DNA of 64,000 nucleotides from Podarcis muralis (lineage: Eukaryota). Where the stretch lies: positions 9,796,001 through 9,860,000 of the forward strand of contig NC_135667.1 of assembly GCF_964188315.1 (NCBI RefSeq), in the 5' to 3' direction. The notes below the pieces were generated by a model. The model saw only the letters and a list, made by a program, of their open reading frames with translations, searched no databases and was not told where the DNA came from. Below are positions 12,469 through 25,377 of this stretch, one piece after another (position 1 is the first letter of the stretch; each line of letters begins with the position of its first letter). The translations under genes and the position numbers were made by a program.

Positions 12469-12985
12469 ATAAAAGCATAAAGAATGGCAAAGGTACCTTT
12501 AGATCGCCCAGTGATGTCCACCAAAGCAGCAGGTATGAATATTTCCTCTGGTTTTATTCCCAAAGCTTTTCTCATGAATGCGTATGTAGCCACAAGACAG
12601 CGGAGGTTTAGGACCAGAGTTTTCCTTCTTCTGGTTGGGCTACCTTCCCAGGTGGATGAGCCCCATCTGCCACTCAATTCCCTCTACAACACATGCAGTC
12701 ACGGCCTTCTACCAGAACCTGTCTTCACATGAAGGGGAAATTTCTAACTCCTTGAGGGTTGAAGCCCATTGGCTACCCTCACTTGTTTAGCCAGCCAGTA
12801 GAAGCCATTTCCCTTATAGGAGCCACAGGTGAGCAGAGGGCAGAGTGGGAATCAAAGGTGGATAAGCTTATAGGGACATATGCAAAAAAGAAAACAATAA
12901 AAAAATTAGGAGCTCAAGATATGGAATACAGGTTTCAAGCCATCTACATTCACACTCAAAAGTCAGTTCTGAGCTAAATACACAC

Positions 12986-13078
12986 CTCTTGCATTTCACA
13001 TTAACCGGAGGATATTCACATTACTGTATTTTCTTCCCACCCCCGGTTTCTGGAAGTTTTGCATCTACTTTATTCCTT
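12986..13078 (-). other. Predicted non-coding 5'UTR exon of OR2
   Basis: tttattccacag acceptor and CAAGAG|gtgtgt donor, both conserved in the OR3 paralog (19841-20389). Confidence 0.6.
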
Positions 13079-13719
13079 CTGTGGAATAAAAACAAGGTCT
13101 TAACTGCATAAGAAGAGCCCTGATGAATCAGGTCAGTGGCCCTCAATCGCAACTGGCAAAAATATTACTGCCTCCAACCATGCACATCTATTCCAGTAAA
13201 GTGTTTTAAGTTTATAGAAGCAGATCAGGGAGCTGCCCTATACAAGGTCAGACTTTTTCTCCATCTAGCCCAGTGCTTTGCAAGTTGAAGGGCAATGGCC
13301 CTCAAAGCTCTTATCTGGGGGGCTTTAACATCATCTGCTTCCTGATCCTTTTAATAGGAAGTGCTGACTATTGAATCTGGGGCTGCGGATGTAGGGAAAT
13401 TCTGCAATCTAATTCATGGGGAGTTATTGATCAGAGGACACACTTCTCTGAATTCTGCGATACATTTTCAGTTCAAAGCACAAGATGGATATTTTGCACA
13501 GGCAGAAGTACTTGTCTTAGAAGTATAACTTTTTGAACTCCGCTTTTAACTAAGAATTCTTATTCTCTCCCCTTCCTCTCTCATGAGCCCATGGAGGCTA
13601 GCAACTAAAAATGAAACATTCAAATAAAGTTAGAACCACAGTACAAAATACATTACAATACAGAATACAAATTTTCCGGTGAGTGGTGCCTATATCCTCC
13701 ATGCTTTCAAGAAACCCCC

Positions 13720-14071
13720 CCCCTCCCTTTTTTATTTTTTTTATTCAAAATTATAACAAGACATATTATCCAAAAACATATCATCCTTATTCCCTCCCCA
13801 TTTCCCCCCTCCCACACAAAACCCACCCACACCCACCCCACCCCCCGACTTCCCTCAGTTCCAGTCTTTGGTTTCTCTAATAATGATGTTTTCTGCATGT
13901 TACAATATAGTATAGATCCTCAAACTATTTAGCTGATTATTATCAATAAAAAAAAATTGTGAGTGTTTATTCAAAACCTGCCAAGGAGTCCAGTTCGCTT
14001 TGTTGCGTCTTCAGATACTTTGTAAAGGGTTCCCATTCATCCTTAAAGTCACAGTTATCCTTGTCCCATAG
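13720..14071 (-). mobile_element. L1-like 3' end
   Basis: Minus strand reads DKDNCDFKDEWEPFTKYLKTQQSELDSLAGFE*, then a G-rich 3'UTR and A tail. Confidence 0.8.
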
Positions 14072-14098
14072 CTTTTATGAAAATCCCCCCTTCCTTAC

Positions 14099-14600
14099 CT
14101 CATAAAACAAGCCCTGCAAATTTTATGTCATGCATTTCTCCACCTTCACTACAATGAAGAATCTTATGATATGCAATGGTACCCATTCTGTTCCTTAAGC
14201 AGATAGTGCAGATATGATGCTTGAGGGTGGCCTTTTCTAGGCAATGGTGATCCCCAAGCCAGCATTCACCACAAGATCGATTAGCTCTAATTTTGTCAGA
14301 ATACACCAAGGAGGACTTTAGCTTTGCTTCCCAGAGGAGCATTAAAAAAAATCTGATGCAAGAGGCTCAGATCACACGACCGCAAACTAGACCATAAAGG
14401 ACAAGGTATGCCTATGTGGCTACTATCTGGCTGGTTATTATTCTGTGATCTAGAGTTGAAATCACTTTGCTCCTTCTCACCGTCTCCTTTCTCCTCTGAG
14501 TTTCGATCTCGGATATTGGCTGGGATATCCCGTGAATATTTTGCCGAAGGTTCACTGAGCATTTGTTTATATATTTATTGCCTTTCTGCCTCACCTTTCT
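14099..14600 (-). promoter_or_regulatory. Predicted promoter and first exon block of OR2
   Basis: GAG|gtaagg donor at 14098; O/E-like site at 14328-39; block is paralogous and gene-oriented upstream of OR1, OR3, OR4, OR5, OR7 and the ghost locus. Confidence 0.5.
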
Positions 14601-14627
14601 TTCAAGGACCTCAAGATGGTGCACATG

Positions 14628-15451
14628 TGTCAGAGCTGCCCGAGGTCCCAGCTCACAAAGGACCAACGCCACTTCGTTGTTATATACAAAAGTCTTTATT
14701 GAAGTTCAGTTTCGCTTTCACAGCCGCGGCGCGCAGCTCTACGTCTCCAACTCTAGACCGCCGAAGCTCCGTCTGAATCTCCTCCCCCCAGACACCAGTT
14801 TAAGACTCTAGCCTTGCTCCACCTCTTCCTTTGCTCTTTCCTCCTCTGGTTCCGCCTGTCCGCTGGGGTCTTGCCCTTCCTAGACTCTTCTGACACTGAG
14901 TCCCCTGAGTCTTCCCCCTGCCTCCGGCGGGCTTTAGGACCTGGTTCCCAATCCAGGTTTTCTGCTGTCCCGCGCGCCTGTACATTTGAACTTGGCGCGC
15001 GTGCCTAGCTGGCCACCTTCCTCCTGACCGTTACACTGCTCCTGTCACTGCTTCCCCCTTCGGGGAGGCTAGCTGGACCTGACGTCCCCTCCGTTCCCCC
15101 ACTCTCCGATAGGGGCGTGGTCAGCCCTGACTCATCTTCTCTCCCTGCTGGAGGAGACGCTGGCCCTGACACATGGGACTCTTCCCCCCCACTGCGCTCT
15201 GGTGGGGAAGCTGGTCCTGATCTCCCACTGCTGCTTTGGGAGTCCCCGCTGGCCCCTTGCTTCGGGTGGTCCCCCCTGGGACCCCCCTTGCCCTGACCAT
15301 CGGCGCCCCCTTCTGGGAATCTTCTGATTCGCTGGAGAGGCTCATGGAATCTCTCGGGTCACTGTCATTCTCCCCTCCGCTGCCCTCAGATTCTTCCCCT
15401 TCGCTCTCCATTTCCTCTCTCCCCTGTGCCTCTGCTCCTGAGCCCCTGACA
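14628..15451 (-). mobile_element. Solo LTR (Ty3/Gypsy- or ERV-like), 824 bp
   Basis: TGTCAG...CTGACA ends, exact 5-bp TSD ACATG (14623-27, 15452-56), AATAAA on minus strand near 14697. Confidence 0.92.
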
Positions 15452-16026
15452 ACATGGTTCTAACCTTCCCAAATTGTCTTCCTAATAACCCTGTGAGGTG
15501 GAGCAGGCTGAGGTTAATTTTCTGTTAATTTTGAGTTTCATCGCTGTGAGATTTGAACCCTGAACTTTCAGGTCCTAGTCCAACAGTCTAAACATTCTAA
15601 CCACCACACCACGCCATAGGTGTGCTTTTTAGCCAATGAATTAGTCTGCATATCTGATAGCTGCCATTTGACGCTTGACTGCGTTTGACAGCCACCATGG
15701 AACACTAATTAATAATTTGTCTGAATATCAAAAAGGCTCAGTCTGAATTGTGCCAACTTGTGCTGTTAAAGGTTCAAAATGCTATACAGTCAGGTAGACC
15801 TGAATCTGTCTGTAGCTGTTTTATGCGTACCACCACCATCCCATTCAGAGTAGCCAAACTGCAACCACACTTTGAGGAATATGTAAGGATTTGATGCCCC
15901 ACACCCCTTTGTAAAATTGAGGGAGTTCTCAAGCAACTTTTCAATAGCAGAGCATCTGTTTCTGGATACAGAAAGTACCAGCTTCCCAATCTGGTAAGAT
16001 TGGTCCATCCAGCTCAGTATTCTATA

Positions 16027-16257
16027 CAGTGGTACCTTGGGTTACAGACGCTTCAGGTTACAGACGCTTCAAGTTACAGACTCCACTAACCCAGAAATAG
16101 TGCCTCGGGTTAAGAACTTTGCTTCAGGATGAGAACAAAAATCGCACGGAGGCAACGGGAGGCCCCATTAGCTAAAGTGGTACCTCAGATTAAGAACAGT
16201 TTCAGGTTAAGAACGGACCTCCAGAACGAATTAAGTTCTTAACCCGAGGTACCACTG
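16027..16257. mobile_element. Tigger/pogo-like MITE
   Basis: TA|CAGTGGTACC...GGTACCACTG|TA. Confidence 0.92.
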
Positions 16258-16573
16258 TACTGAGTAGCAATGAACCCTCTGGGATTTCAGGCAGGGGTTT
16301 CTCTTTCAGCCCAAACTGGAGATACCCGAGGTTGTAATTATGTATGAAACAACAGCAGCCAGAATCCTGTACACACAGAAATGGAAAGAAGAAGAACCAA
16401 CCAAGGAGGAATGGCTTCAAAAGTTAATGGACTGTGTGGAAATGGCAAGATTGACAGCAAAAATAAGAGATAAAAGAGCTGAACTGTTCACAGAAGGGTG
16501 GAGATGCTTTGGGGAGTATTTGAAGAACTGTTACAGTCAAATTAAAATGAAGGCAGGGTTTGAATTATGAGCA

Positions 16574-17375
16574 ACAGGTAAAAGAGGATTGGGAAATAAT
16601 CCATAACGAATTGGAAAAAAAAAATGTTTAAAAGTATTTTCCCCCAAAAAAACCCCAGAGTGCTGGGGATAATTCAGACAGAAATTCCCAAGTGTCAAAA
16701 AAAGTTTATTTATGTAGGCCATACTACAGGCCACGTTTTGTTAGGCCAAAAATGGAAAACAAGTGAGGTCCCAACTAAAGACGAATGGCAACTTAAACTG
16801 ATGGAATATGCGCAGCTTGTGGACCTAACATATAGAATAAGAGGACAAGAAGAACATTTGTTTAAAGAAGACTGGAAAATGTTTATTGAATATATGAGAG
16901 GAAATTGTGTACACTTGAAAACATGGGCAGCATTAAGATAAATCCAACAGTGTAAATACCATATTTTTTCGCTCTATAATATGCACCAGACCATAAGACA
17001 CACCTAGTTTTTGGAAGAGGAAAACAAGAAAAAGATATTCTGAATCTCAGAATCCAGAACAACAAGAGGGATCGCTGCACAGCAAAAGCAGCAATCCCTC
17101 TTGCTATTCTGGCTTCTGGGATAGCTGCGCAGCCTGCATTCGCTCCATAAGACGCACACACATTTCCCCTTACTTTTTAGGAGAGAAAAGGTGAGTCTTA
17201 TAGAGCAAAAAATGTGGTAAGTTTTGATGGATGTAATAATGGAATACTGAATGGTTTAGTTCATGTAAAATATGCAGGGATTTATGATATGCAAAATAAA
17301 CCATGGAACGAGAAGAAGAAAAGTCATGGATATTTTAAGGTTGTTTAAATGAATATTCTAAATTATAAAACAGAA

Positions 17376-17420
<45 letters not shown>
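16574..17420 (+). mobile_element. L1-like 3' fragment B with 12-bp TSD
   Basis: KWKTSEVPTKDEWQLKLMEYAQL...; TSD GAATTATGAGCA at 16562-73 and 17421-32; (AT)n tail. Confidence 0.85.
16959..17217. mobile_element. Tc1/mariner-type MITE inside L1 fragment B
   Basis: TA-flanked; imperfect terminal repeats ccatattttttcgctctataa / ttatagagcaaaaaatgtgg; internal palindrome. Confidence 0.8.
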
Positions 17421-17422
<2 letters not shown>

Positions 17423-18234
17423 ATTATGAGCAGTGGAATGAAAACATTGATAAGTGAAACAGAGAATAATTGTATTAGATAAAAGTATGTTATATAAAGC
17501 AGTAGGTATAAGGTGGGAATAAAAACATGGAGTTAAGGATGGGAAGTCAAAATTTTAAGAAAAATACATATTGAAATTTAAGTAAATTTGTAAAATTTTG
17601 GGGATATCAGTAAAAAAAAGGTCAAAAAGAGATGTCTGAGGTTGAACTTCAGGCCTTCTTCATACAGAACAAGTGCTCCACCCCTGAGTTAGGGCCCTTC
17701 TGTAATAAATACAATACAGTCAGGCTGCATGGTTTTATTTATTTCACATTTTTCATACTTCAAAAAAAATCTGTTCTATGTGATTTACTTTCAAAAAATG
17801 TTACAAAAATGCAAAGAAACATTACAAAAATTCCATATTTTAAAGCTTCTCAGATGGCAGATAAATAGGATCCTCTTAAACACCAGTGTAAATTGAAACA
17901 GCTGACATGGACTAGTGGTGGACCCTAGGCTCTCAAATTTCAGTAGCACCCAGTGTGATGCCAAAATTCTGTGTTCTCCCATCTCTCACATCATTCCATT
18001 CTACATCATCATTGCCATGTCCCACTGTGGAGCCCCCGAGGCTCTGCACCCAGTATGACAGAACAAGTCATGCTCACCTAAATCCACCTCTCCATGGACC
18101 AAATTCGACATTATCTGACACACAATATCAGTCTCCAATTGATATTCACTCCTGAAAGAAATCCAGGGAATGCAAGCTTTTCCAATTTGCTCCAAAGTTG
18201 ATCTCTGATTTTCATGTGTGATTTGAGGTCGTTT

Positions 18235-19179
18235 CTATTCCCTTGTCCTAGAAAACCCAACAAGTGCCTTAAATCCAGCCTTCAGGGCATCCTGGAACTG
18301 TTTGTTCCTCAGGCAGTAAACAAAGGGATTCAGAAGAGGAGATACAACAGTGTTAAGAAGAGCCACCCCTTTGGTATATGCTAAATCACCTGTGCCTCTG
18401 GGTTTAATGTACATGACAATGCAGCTGCCGTAAGTGATTGAGATCACTATGATGTGAGAAGCACAAGTGGAAAAGGCCTTCTGCCTCCTTGTGGTTGATG
18501 GGATGCACAAAATGGTGAAAATAATAATGGTATATGAGACAATATTTATGGCCAAGGTGCCAAGGAGACAGAGTATAGCACTGAGGAGAAATATGAGTTC
18601 CAGGAGACTTGTGTCCCCGCATGCAAGTTTAATCAGTGGTTCAATGTCACAGAAAAAATGATCTATAGCATGTGGGCCACAAAAGGACAATTGAAATAAT
18701 GTAATTGCAGGAGCCATCATGAGCAAAAATCCTCCAGCCCAAGAGCAGAGCACCAGCAATGAGCAAGTTCGATGATTCATTATGGTTGAGTAGCGAAGAG
18801 GGTTGCAGATCGCCACATATCTGTCAATGGACATGACTGATAGCATAAGGAACTCTGTGGTTCCCACACTCAGGTATAAATACACCTGTAGGAAGCAACC
18901 AGGTAGAGAGATAGTCTGTTGGCCATTGGCCATATTGCCCAATGCTTTCGGAAGGACAGTGCTGGTAAATCCAATCTCCAAGACTGCAAAGTGTCTTAGG
19001 AAGAAGTACATCGGGATTTTGAGCTGTTGATTCACAAGTGTGATTGTGATAATCACAGTGTTCCACATTATTGTCAAAAAGTACATGCCAAGCAGGAGGG
19101 TAAAAAGGGAAATTTCAATTCGTCGGCTGTCTGTAAATCCCCAAAGTGTGAATTCTCTCACCATGGTGTTGTTCCTCAT
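18235..19179 (-). CDS. Olfactory receptor, OR6C-like ('OR3'), 314 aa
   Basis: Intact ORF starting MRNNTMVREF with all OR motifs; ttctag acceptor at 19193-19194. Confidence 0.97.
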   Translation of the reverse strand: MRNNTMVREFTLWGFTDSRRIEISLFTLLLGMYFLTIMWNTVIITITLVNQQLKIPMYFFLRHFAVLEIGFTSTVLPKALGNMANGQQTISLPGCFLQVYLYLSVGTTEFLMLSVMSIDRYVAICNPLRYSTIMNHRTCSLLVLCSWAGGFLLMMAPAITLFQLSFCGPHAIDHFFCDIEPLIKLACGDTSLLELIFLLSAILCLLGTLAINIVSYTIIIFTILCIPSTTRRQKAFSTCASHIIVISITYGSCIVMYIKPRGTGDLAYTKGVALLNTVVSPLLNPFVYCLRNKQFQDALKAGFKALVGFSRTRE

Positions 19180-19264
19180 TGTTGGCACATTCCTAGAAGC
19201 AAAATGAAGAGAAATGAAGAGTCTGGATTCAATGTCTGTAAGTCATTTTAAATTCAAGTAGCTG

Positions 19265-19315
19265 TTTGTTTGTTTGTTTGTTTGTTTGTTTGTTTGTTTG
19301 TTTGTTTGTTTGTTT
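19265..19315. repeat. (GTTT)n microsatellite
   Basis: Seen directly. Confidence 0.98.
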
Positions 19316-20002
19316 TGCCATCAGGTCTCTGCTGTACAGTTGCTAGGAGATTCAATAGGTGATTTACTGGAACAGACCCAGATCCATCTTTAGTTTAGAT
19401 GCTAAGCCGTGTCTATACTTAGTTAGCCTCTAGAACTTTATAACCAGAATTGTGATGCCTCTTCTACACCACTGTTCTCCCCCTGACCACAACCTCTCAA
19501 CCTGCTTTTCAGTTAAGTCAGAATCAGAATGCTTTCCTCACATCTCTTTCATGTCATCTAGTTTGGCCATACTCTGGCTCATCGCATGCAATCTGATAGC
19601 AAAAGACATAGTGCAGACACAAAAATGCCACTTTTAAACAGTGCTTTAAATAATCATACGCTTCACAATTAGTTACCAAGAAAGAAAACAAGAATGTCCT
19701 ATTTTCTATGCAGTAACTGATTTTGGATCACAATATTTAAATACAAGTTTAAAGTCATCTCCATTGACACTCAATAGTAAATTCTCAGCAAAAGTCAAAG
19801 ATTTATACAATCTGAAGAGAAACCAGAGTAAACTACACACCTCTTGCACTTCACATTAACGGGAAGATCATAGAATCATAGAACTGGAAGATGATAGAAT
19901 CATAGAATTGTAGAGTTGGAATTGACCCAGAGGGTCATCTTGTCCAATCCTCTGCAATGCAGGAGGCCCATATGGACATTGAACCCATGACCATATTCCT
20001 CG

Positions 20003-20310
20003 CAATGGACTGAGCTCCTGTTGCTCTGTCCCAGCTCCTGCCAACCTAGCAGTTCGAAAGCACGCCAGTGCAAGTAGATAAATAGGCAGCGGGAAAGTCC
20101 ATGGCATTTCTGGGGGCTCTGGTTTCCATCAAGGTGTTCTGTTGTGCCAGAAGCGGCTTAGTCATGCTGGCCACATGACCCAGTAGCTGTCTGTAGACAA
20201 ATGCGGACTCCCTCGGCCTGAAAGCAAGATGAGCACCACAACCCCATAGTCACCTTTGATTGGACTTAACCATCCAGGGGTCCTTTACCTTTTACCTTTT
20301 ACCTTTACCT
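20003..20310 (+). mobile_element. Sauria SINE, 5'-truncated
   Basis: ctcctgccaacctagcagttcgaaagc core and (ACCTTT)n tail. Confidence 0.9.
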
Positions 20311-22769
20311 TCTAACCAACTGACCTAACTGAAATGTTCACATCCATTTTTTCCTGGTTTCCAAAAGTTTTGCATCTACATTCTTCTCTCTGCAAAATAA
20401 AAGCAAGGTCTTAAGAACATAGGAACATAAAACCATAACAATGTCAGAATAGGCTACTGAATCAGGGTGATATGTACAAATTCAACATGGAATGAATAAA
20501 GGCCCATCTATGCCTACCTGGGACCTTCTGCATGCAATATGTGCTCTGCCATGGAGCTATGACCTCTCAGGTCCAGTGAAGGAGAGACCTTCTCTTTCTT
20601 AAAAACCAAAGGACCATAACTATATTCTCAGCAATCTGCATTCCAGCAATCTCTGCAATGTTATTGCCTGGCTATCTCCATGGTACCCATTCAGGTCCTT
20701 GAGCAGATAGTGCAAAGGATATTCAGCCTTTACTTCTCAGACTCAACATCTTATAGGCAATGGTGCAGCTTCATGTCCCTAAGCAAGCATTTAGCGTAAC
20801 AGATATTAGCTCTTAGTTCATCATGATGCACTAGGGACCTTCGCTTTGGTCTCTGAAGGAGCAGAAAAGCTACTTAACATTTGATCTTTTTTATCTTATC
20901 TACAGCAGGGATGGGAAGCAAAATAAAGGGATTACCAGTCATCAGACTTAAAGTAGCAGAAGCCCCACCCGTTTTCCTTGAAATCTCACATTTTGATATA
21001 AATTTGATATCACTTGATATCAATTTCTCATAAATAAATTTTATTTTGTTTTTTGTTTGTTTTATGGTATTGTGTAAGCTATGCCTGCGAGTGGGGGTCT
21101 ACCATATATACATTACACATTTCGATGTATGGAGTCGTGCTGTGTAGTTCCTACCCCCCCCCCCCATGCAAAGGGTCCATTGAACATAGATTTGTTTGGG
21201 GGAGTGTGTCTTGTCCCTTTAAGGCCACTGCAGATACCTCAGATCTGGCATATAGACTTTTGTTTTAAATTTCCAATCACGTTATTTTCATGCCCCTGTC
21301 CACTACCCAACCAGTAGGAATCAGGGATGCAGATGACCCACCACAGTCACCCTGTAGGAGTAGGATCCATCACAGTGCTGGGGAGGTGGTGTCAGTTTTG
21401 TCTATGTATCCATTATGTTTGGTTCCCCACTCACCAACACCATGTGACAGCCCCCTCCCCAGCAAGATGCCAATGGCAGGTGGGCCAAATTCAAGTCCTC
21501 CAGCTGGCAAGAGAGTTCTCAGGTCTCTTGATTCCCTTGGGCTGCAATTGGTGATGGCAGGCCACAACACTACATCAACATCATCATCATTTATTATTTA
21601 TTATTTATGGGGTCATGCCCTGTATCTGGCTTTCCAAAATATGATAGTTCTATGAAGAACAATGCCAGATTAGGCCAAAGTCCCCTGTGGTCCAGTATCT
21701 TGTTCCCACAATGGCCAACCAGGTTCCTATGTGAAGCCCACACACACAATTGGTTTCAGCCTGACCCTATTTCATATGACGCACAATAAGTTTGTTGCAC
21801 CTTAGAGAAGCAACATTCATGTCTACTGTGTATTGTTAGCAAGCAAAGACTGGATATCTCTTGTGAGATGTGCTTAGGGACACAAACCAGCACTTAAGGA
21901 CATGAGCCAGGTTGCTTCGGTGTTCACTCCTGGCGCAAAGAGAAGGAGAAATGCAAAATATCATCGAGGTCACTAGTCTGTGAGCCAAGACAGCAAAGAC
22001 TCTTTGGCAAAGTGTTAAGGACGTGGCATGTTCAGAGGCCTCACAAAAAATAGGCTTAAGGAGAGGAATCTTTACAATTGTTCAATCTCCCTGGTTAGTG
22101 GAAGAATGTCAGGGTCATCACCATGGCCTGAAAGTTCTAGCAACCAACTCTGCATCTATACAAATGATAACACCACCCCCTTTTCTAAGTTGATGTTAAG
22201 AGGTGAGTACTTTGCTACAGACTTTGGTGATGAAATGAGGTGATGCAAAGTATTTGCTTTTGTAAAAGAAAATGATTTTGCATATGAGATGCTTATTCAC
22301 AGAATCATTTAGATTTCGCTATGGTTATTGTTATTGTTATTGTGATGCATCATATATGGAGATGTCTTTGAAGAGCATTTGGATGGGAACTGGCAAGGGC
22401 CTGCTTTGGTGGACATATCAGTGCAGACAATTCCCATGTCCCACCCACCCATCCAAGTTCAATGAAAATATGTTGCTTTGGTTCTGTTCCAGGGATGGTA
22501 AACTTGTGATTATTCACATGTCACTGGACTCCAACTCAGGGTTGATGGGGGTTTAAGTCCAATAATGTTTGGAAGGCCATCTCTGATCTAAATAGTCTGG
22601 GAGTAGGGTCTCTAAAGGACTGAAACAGATCTACTGGTCTGATCCAATTCTTCATGATATCAGTAACTGTCACACTCAGGCAATTGCAGAGAGTTAAAAT
22701 TGATTTTTTAAAGGCTAACACAGCTCTAAGGTTTGATTTCCCATTCCTTTTAGGGAAGTGCCAACAACG

Positions 22770-23711
22770 ATGAACAACACCATGGTGAGAGAGTTTATAT
22801 TGTTGGGTTTGACGGACAACCATCAACTTAAAATTATACTTTTCATCCTGCTAATTGGGGTATACCTTTTGACGATAATGGGGAACATACTGATAATTGT
22901 AATAACACTGGTGAATCAACAGCTCTACACCCCAATGTATTTCTTCCTACGACACGTTGCATTTGTGGAGATTGGGTATACCAGTGCCATTGTTCCTAAA
23001 ACACTGGACAATATGGCTACTGGCCAGAAGACTATTTCTCTAGCTGGTTGCTTCACACAGTCCTTTGTGCACTTTGTTCTGGGAACCACAGAATTCCTTC
23101 TGCTGGCAGCAATGTCCATTGACAGGTATGTTGCCATCTGCAACCCTCTTCGCTACTCAACCGTCATGAACAATCGGGTCTGCTCATTGCTGGTGCTCTG
23201 GTGTTGGGCTGGAGCATTGTTGCTGATCATCGTTCCTGCAGTTGTACTATTCCGGATGCCCTTTTGCGGCCCAAACACCATCAACCATTTTTTCTGTGAC
23301 AATGGGCCATTGGTCAAACTTGCATGCACGGACACCAGTCTGCTGAATCTCCTCAATTTCATCACTGCTACGTTCTCCCTCCTTGGGACCTTGTCTGTAA
23401 ATACTGCGTCTTATGTCCGCATTATCTCTACCATCATGCGCATCCGATCCACTTCAGGGAGGCAGAAGGCTTTCTCCACTTGCGCTTCTCACATCACGGT
23501 GGTCTCCATCACTTACAGTAGTTGCATTTTCATGTACATAAAACCCAACCATGATAGTGAAGTGGACTACAGCAAAGGGGTGGCTCTTCTGAACACTGTA
23601 CTGGCTCCTCTTCTTGTCCCATTCATATACTGCCTTAGGAACACACAAGTCCAGGATGCCTTGAGAGGAGCATGTAGACAGCTTGTTGCCATTAGGAAGG
23701 ACTCAAGATGA
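22770..23711 (+). CDS. Olfactory receptor, OR6C-like ('OR4'), 313 aa
   Basis: Intact ORF starting MNNTMVREF; TM7 reads PLLVPFIY; ccttttag acceptor at 22752-22753. Confidence 0.96.
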   Translation: MNNTMVREFILLGLTDNHQLKIILFILLIGVYLLTIMGNILIIVITLVNQQLYTPMYFFLRHVAFVEIGYTSAIVPKTLDNMATGQKTISLAGCFTQSFVHFVLGTTEFLLLAAMSIDRYVAICNPLRYSTVMNNRVCSLLVLWCWAGALLLIIVPAVVLFRMPFCGPNTINHFFCDNGPLVKLACTDTSLLNLLNFITATFSLLGTLSVNTASYVRIISTIMRIRSTSGRQKAFSTCASHITVVSITYSSCIFMYIKPNHDSEVDYSKGVALLNTVLAPLLVPFIYCLRNTQVQDALRGACRQLVAIRKDSR

Positions 23712-24539
23712 TTTGGGGTTCAATTGACACCAGAATAAACATTAATATTAAGCACTGATCATGGAGACACCCATTCGAAATCTGAATACTAGATTTCTTT
23801 CAATATCTGAATGCCAGTTATATTCTAGTACCATACATAAGTAAAATCTATACCTTTGTTTAGAAAAATCAAATAAGAAAAATCAGATGAAATTCAATAT
23901 AATTTTTTGCAAATGCAAAACATACATTCTTTTTGGAAGTTGATAATTCATGTAATAAATGAAATGAGAGACTATGTTTTGCCAACTACTCCCTTTTGGT
24001 TATGTTTATTATTGACTTATTTTACTGCATTGAGAGATGGCCATTCATTTACAAGAAGCTGCCTGTACAATAATCAGCTGCAGTGAGAATAATCTTTGTT
24101 TTCTGACACTGGCTGATCGATTAATGCTGTTGCGAGAGGATGTTCATATGGTTAAATTGACAGATCTGGTTAACATGTGAGGGAGAAGACAACACAGTAA
24201 TCAATTTATTGAAAAATTGAACCCTTTTTGTTAACTATGGGTGGAACAAACTGCAAGATAACATTGACCTGTATATTTTGTAAGGAACTTTATGCAGCCA
24301 GAATTAGGATAAGTCTTTAAATAGCAAATGATAAGTAAATAATAAACTAAAATTCTTTTTCTGTCTTTTGGTTATATGTAACAAATTATATTATTATGCT
24401 ATTATATATATTTGATTTTGTATATTAAAGACAAACAAATAAATAATTTCCCACAGGTACAGAATTGATTTTGAAATCTTACTCCAGCAATGTCAACTGG
24501 AAAAGTGAGCCATGTAGTCATGAAAAATAATCAGAAGTT

Positions 24540-24910
24540 TATCAGAATTAGACTCCAAAGGAGAAGCATTGAGGCATGATGTTGAAAGCCAGCAAAATCT
24601 ATTAAACCGGAGTTTGCAGCTAAAGAACTAGCAAGATATTCCAAACCATTCAGAGCTGGCCCTACTACTAGACAGTGTGAGGAATATGCCTCAGGTACCA
24701 GATGCTGGGGGCTTATACTTTTCATCCATCATTCCCCCAGAGTCCCAGAAGTTAGCCTGCTCTTCAATTGCTAACCTAGATGGCTGTACTTGGACACAGT
24801 GGAGGGTGCTGTCCCCAATATATGATGTTGAAATAGATCTGATAAGGTTCTGTGTGTGGAATCTGGTTGGCCCATCTTCTCCTTTTCCCAGACAGGAAAT
24901 TGTGTAAATC
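24540..24910 (-). mobile_element. Possible highly decayed LINE RT fragment
   Basis: Frameshifted YIGDSTLHCV-KYSHLG resembles the RT domain 7 KYLG motif; weak. Confidence 0.3.
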
Positions 24911-25377
24911 TGTGGAATCCCTTGCTTTTTATGCACAATGCATTGTGTCCAAGTTAACCTCACTCACTTTGAGTGGCCTTATGTAGCTCTGATACGCTTG
25001 CCTCTCGCAACTAAATACCTTAGCATACAATGCCTACAGACATTAAATGCTGTGAGTTTCCCTCAGATTTCTCTCTCTTCTTGGTCCCTTGCTCCATTAG
25101 TTCCCTACATCTTCCCAATTCAGCCTTCTCTTCAGTCACTAAACATTCCCTTGTGTTTCTCCTTCTCCATTCATTGCCCATTCAGTCCTTTCCTGCCTAT
25201 GGATAACCAGCTTCCCCACCCCCACCATCATTTTATGAACATTCAGATACAGCCAATCCATTTCAGTGTGCCCCAAAGCATAAGCCCTTCTCCTCATGAC
25301 ATTCACACCCACTGGTGACATTCATATCCTCCACCACCAAATTTGTCCCTCTGTGTCATATTGTGTGGGGTAGATTC

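Larger units (their letters stand above)
16320..17620 (+). mobile_element. L1-like 3' fragment A, hosting L1 fragment B
   Basis: AARILYTQKWKEEEPTKEEWLQKL...AGFEL*; its 3'UTR resumes after 17432 and ends in an A run. Confidence 0.8.
15965..17700 (-). mobile_element. Older tRNA-derived SINE (Squam3-like) split into three pieces by later insertions
   Basis: Pieces at about 15965-16026, 16258-16325 and 17625-17700 join into one element. Related copies near 13210-13400, 33630-33800, 45790-46010, 55440-55600. Confidence 0.7.
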
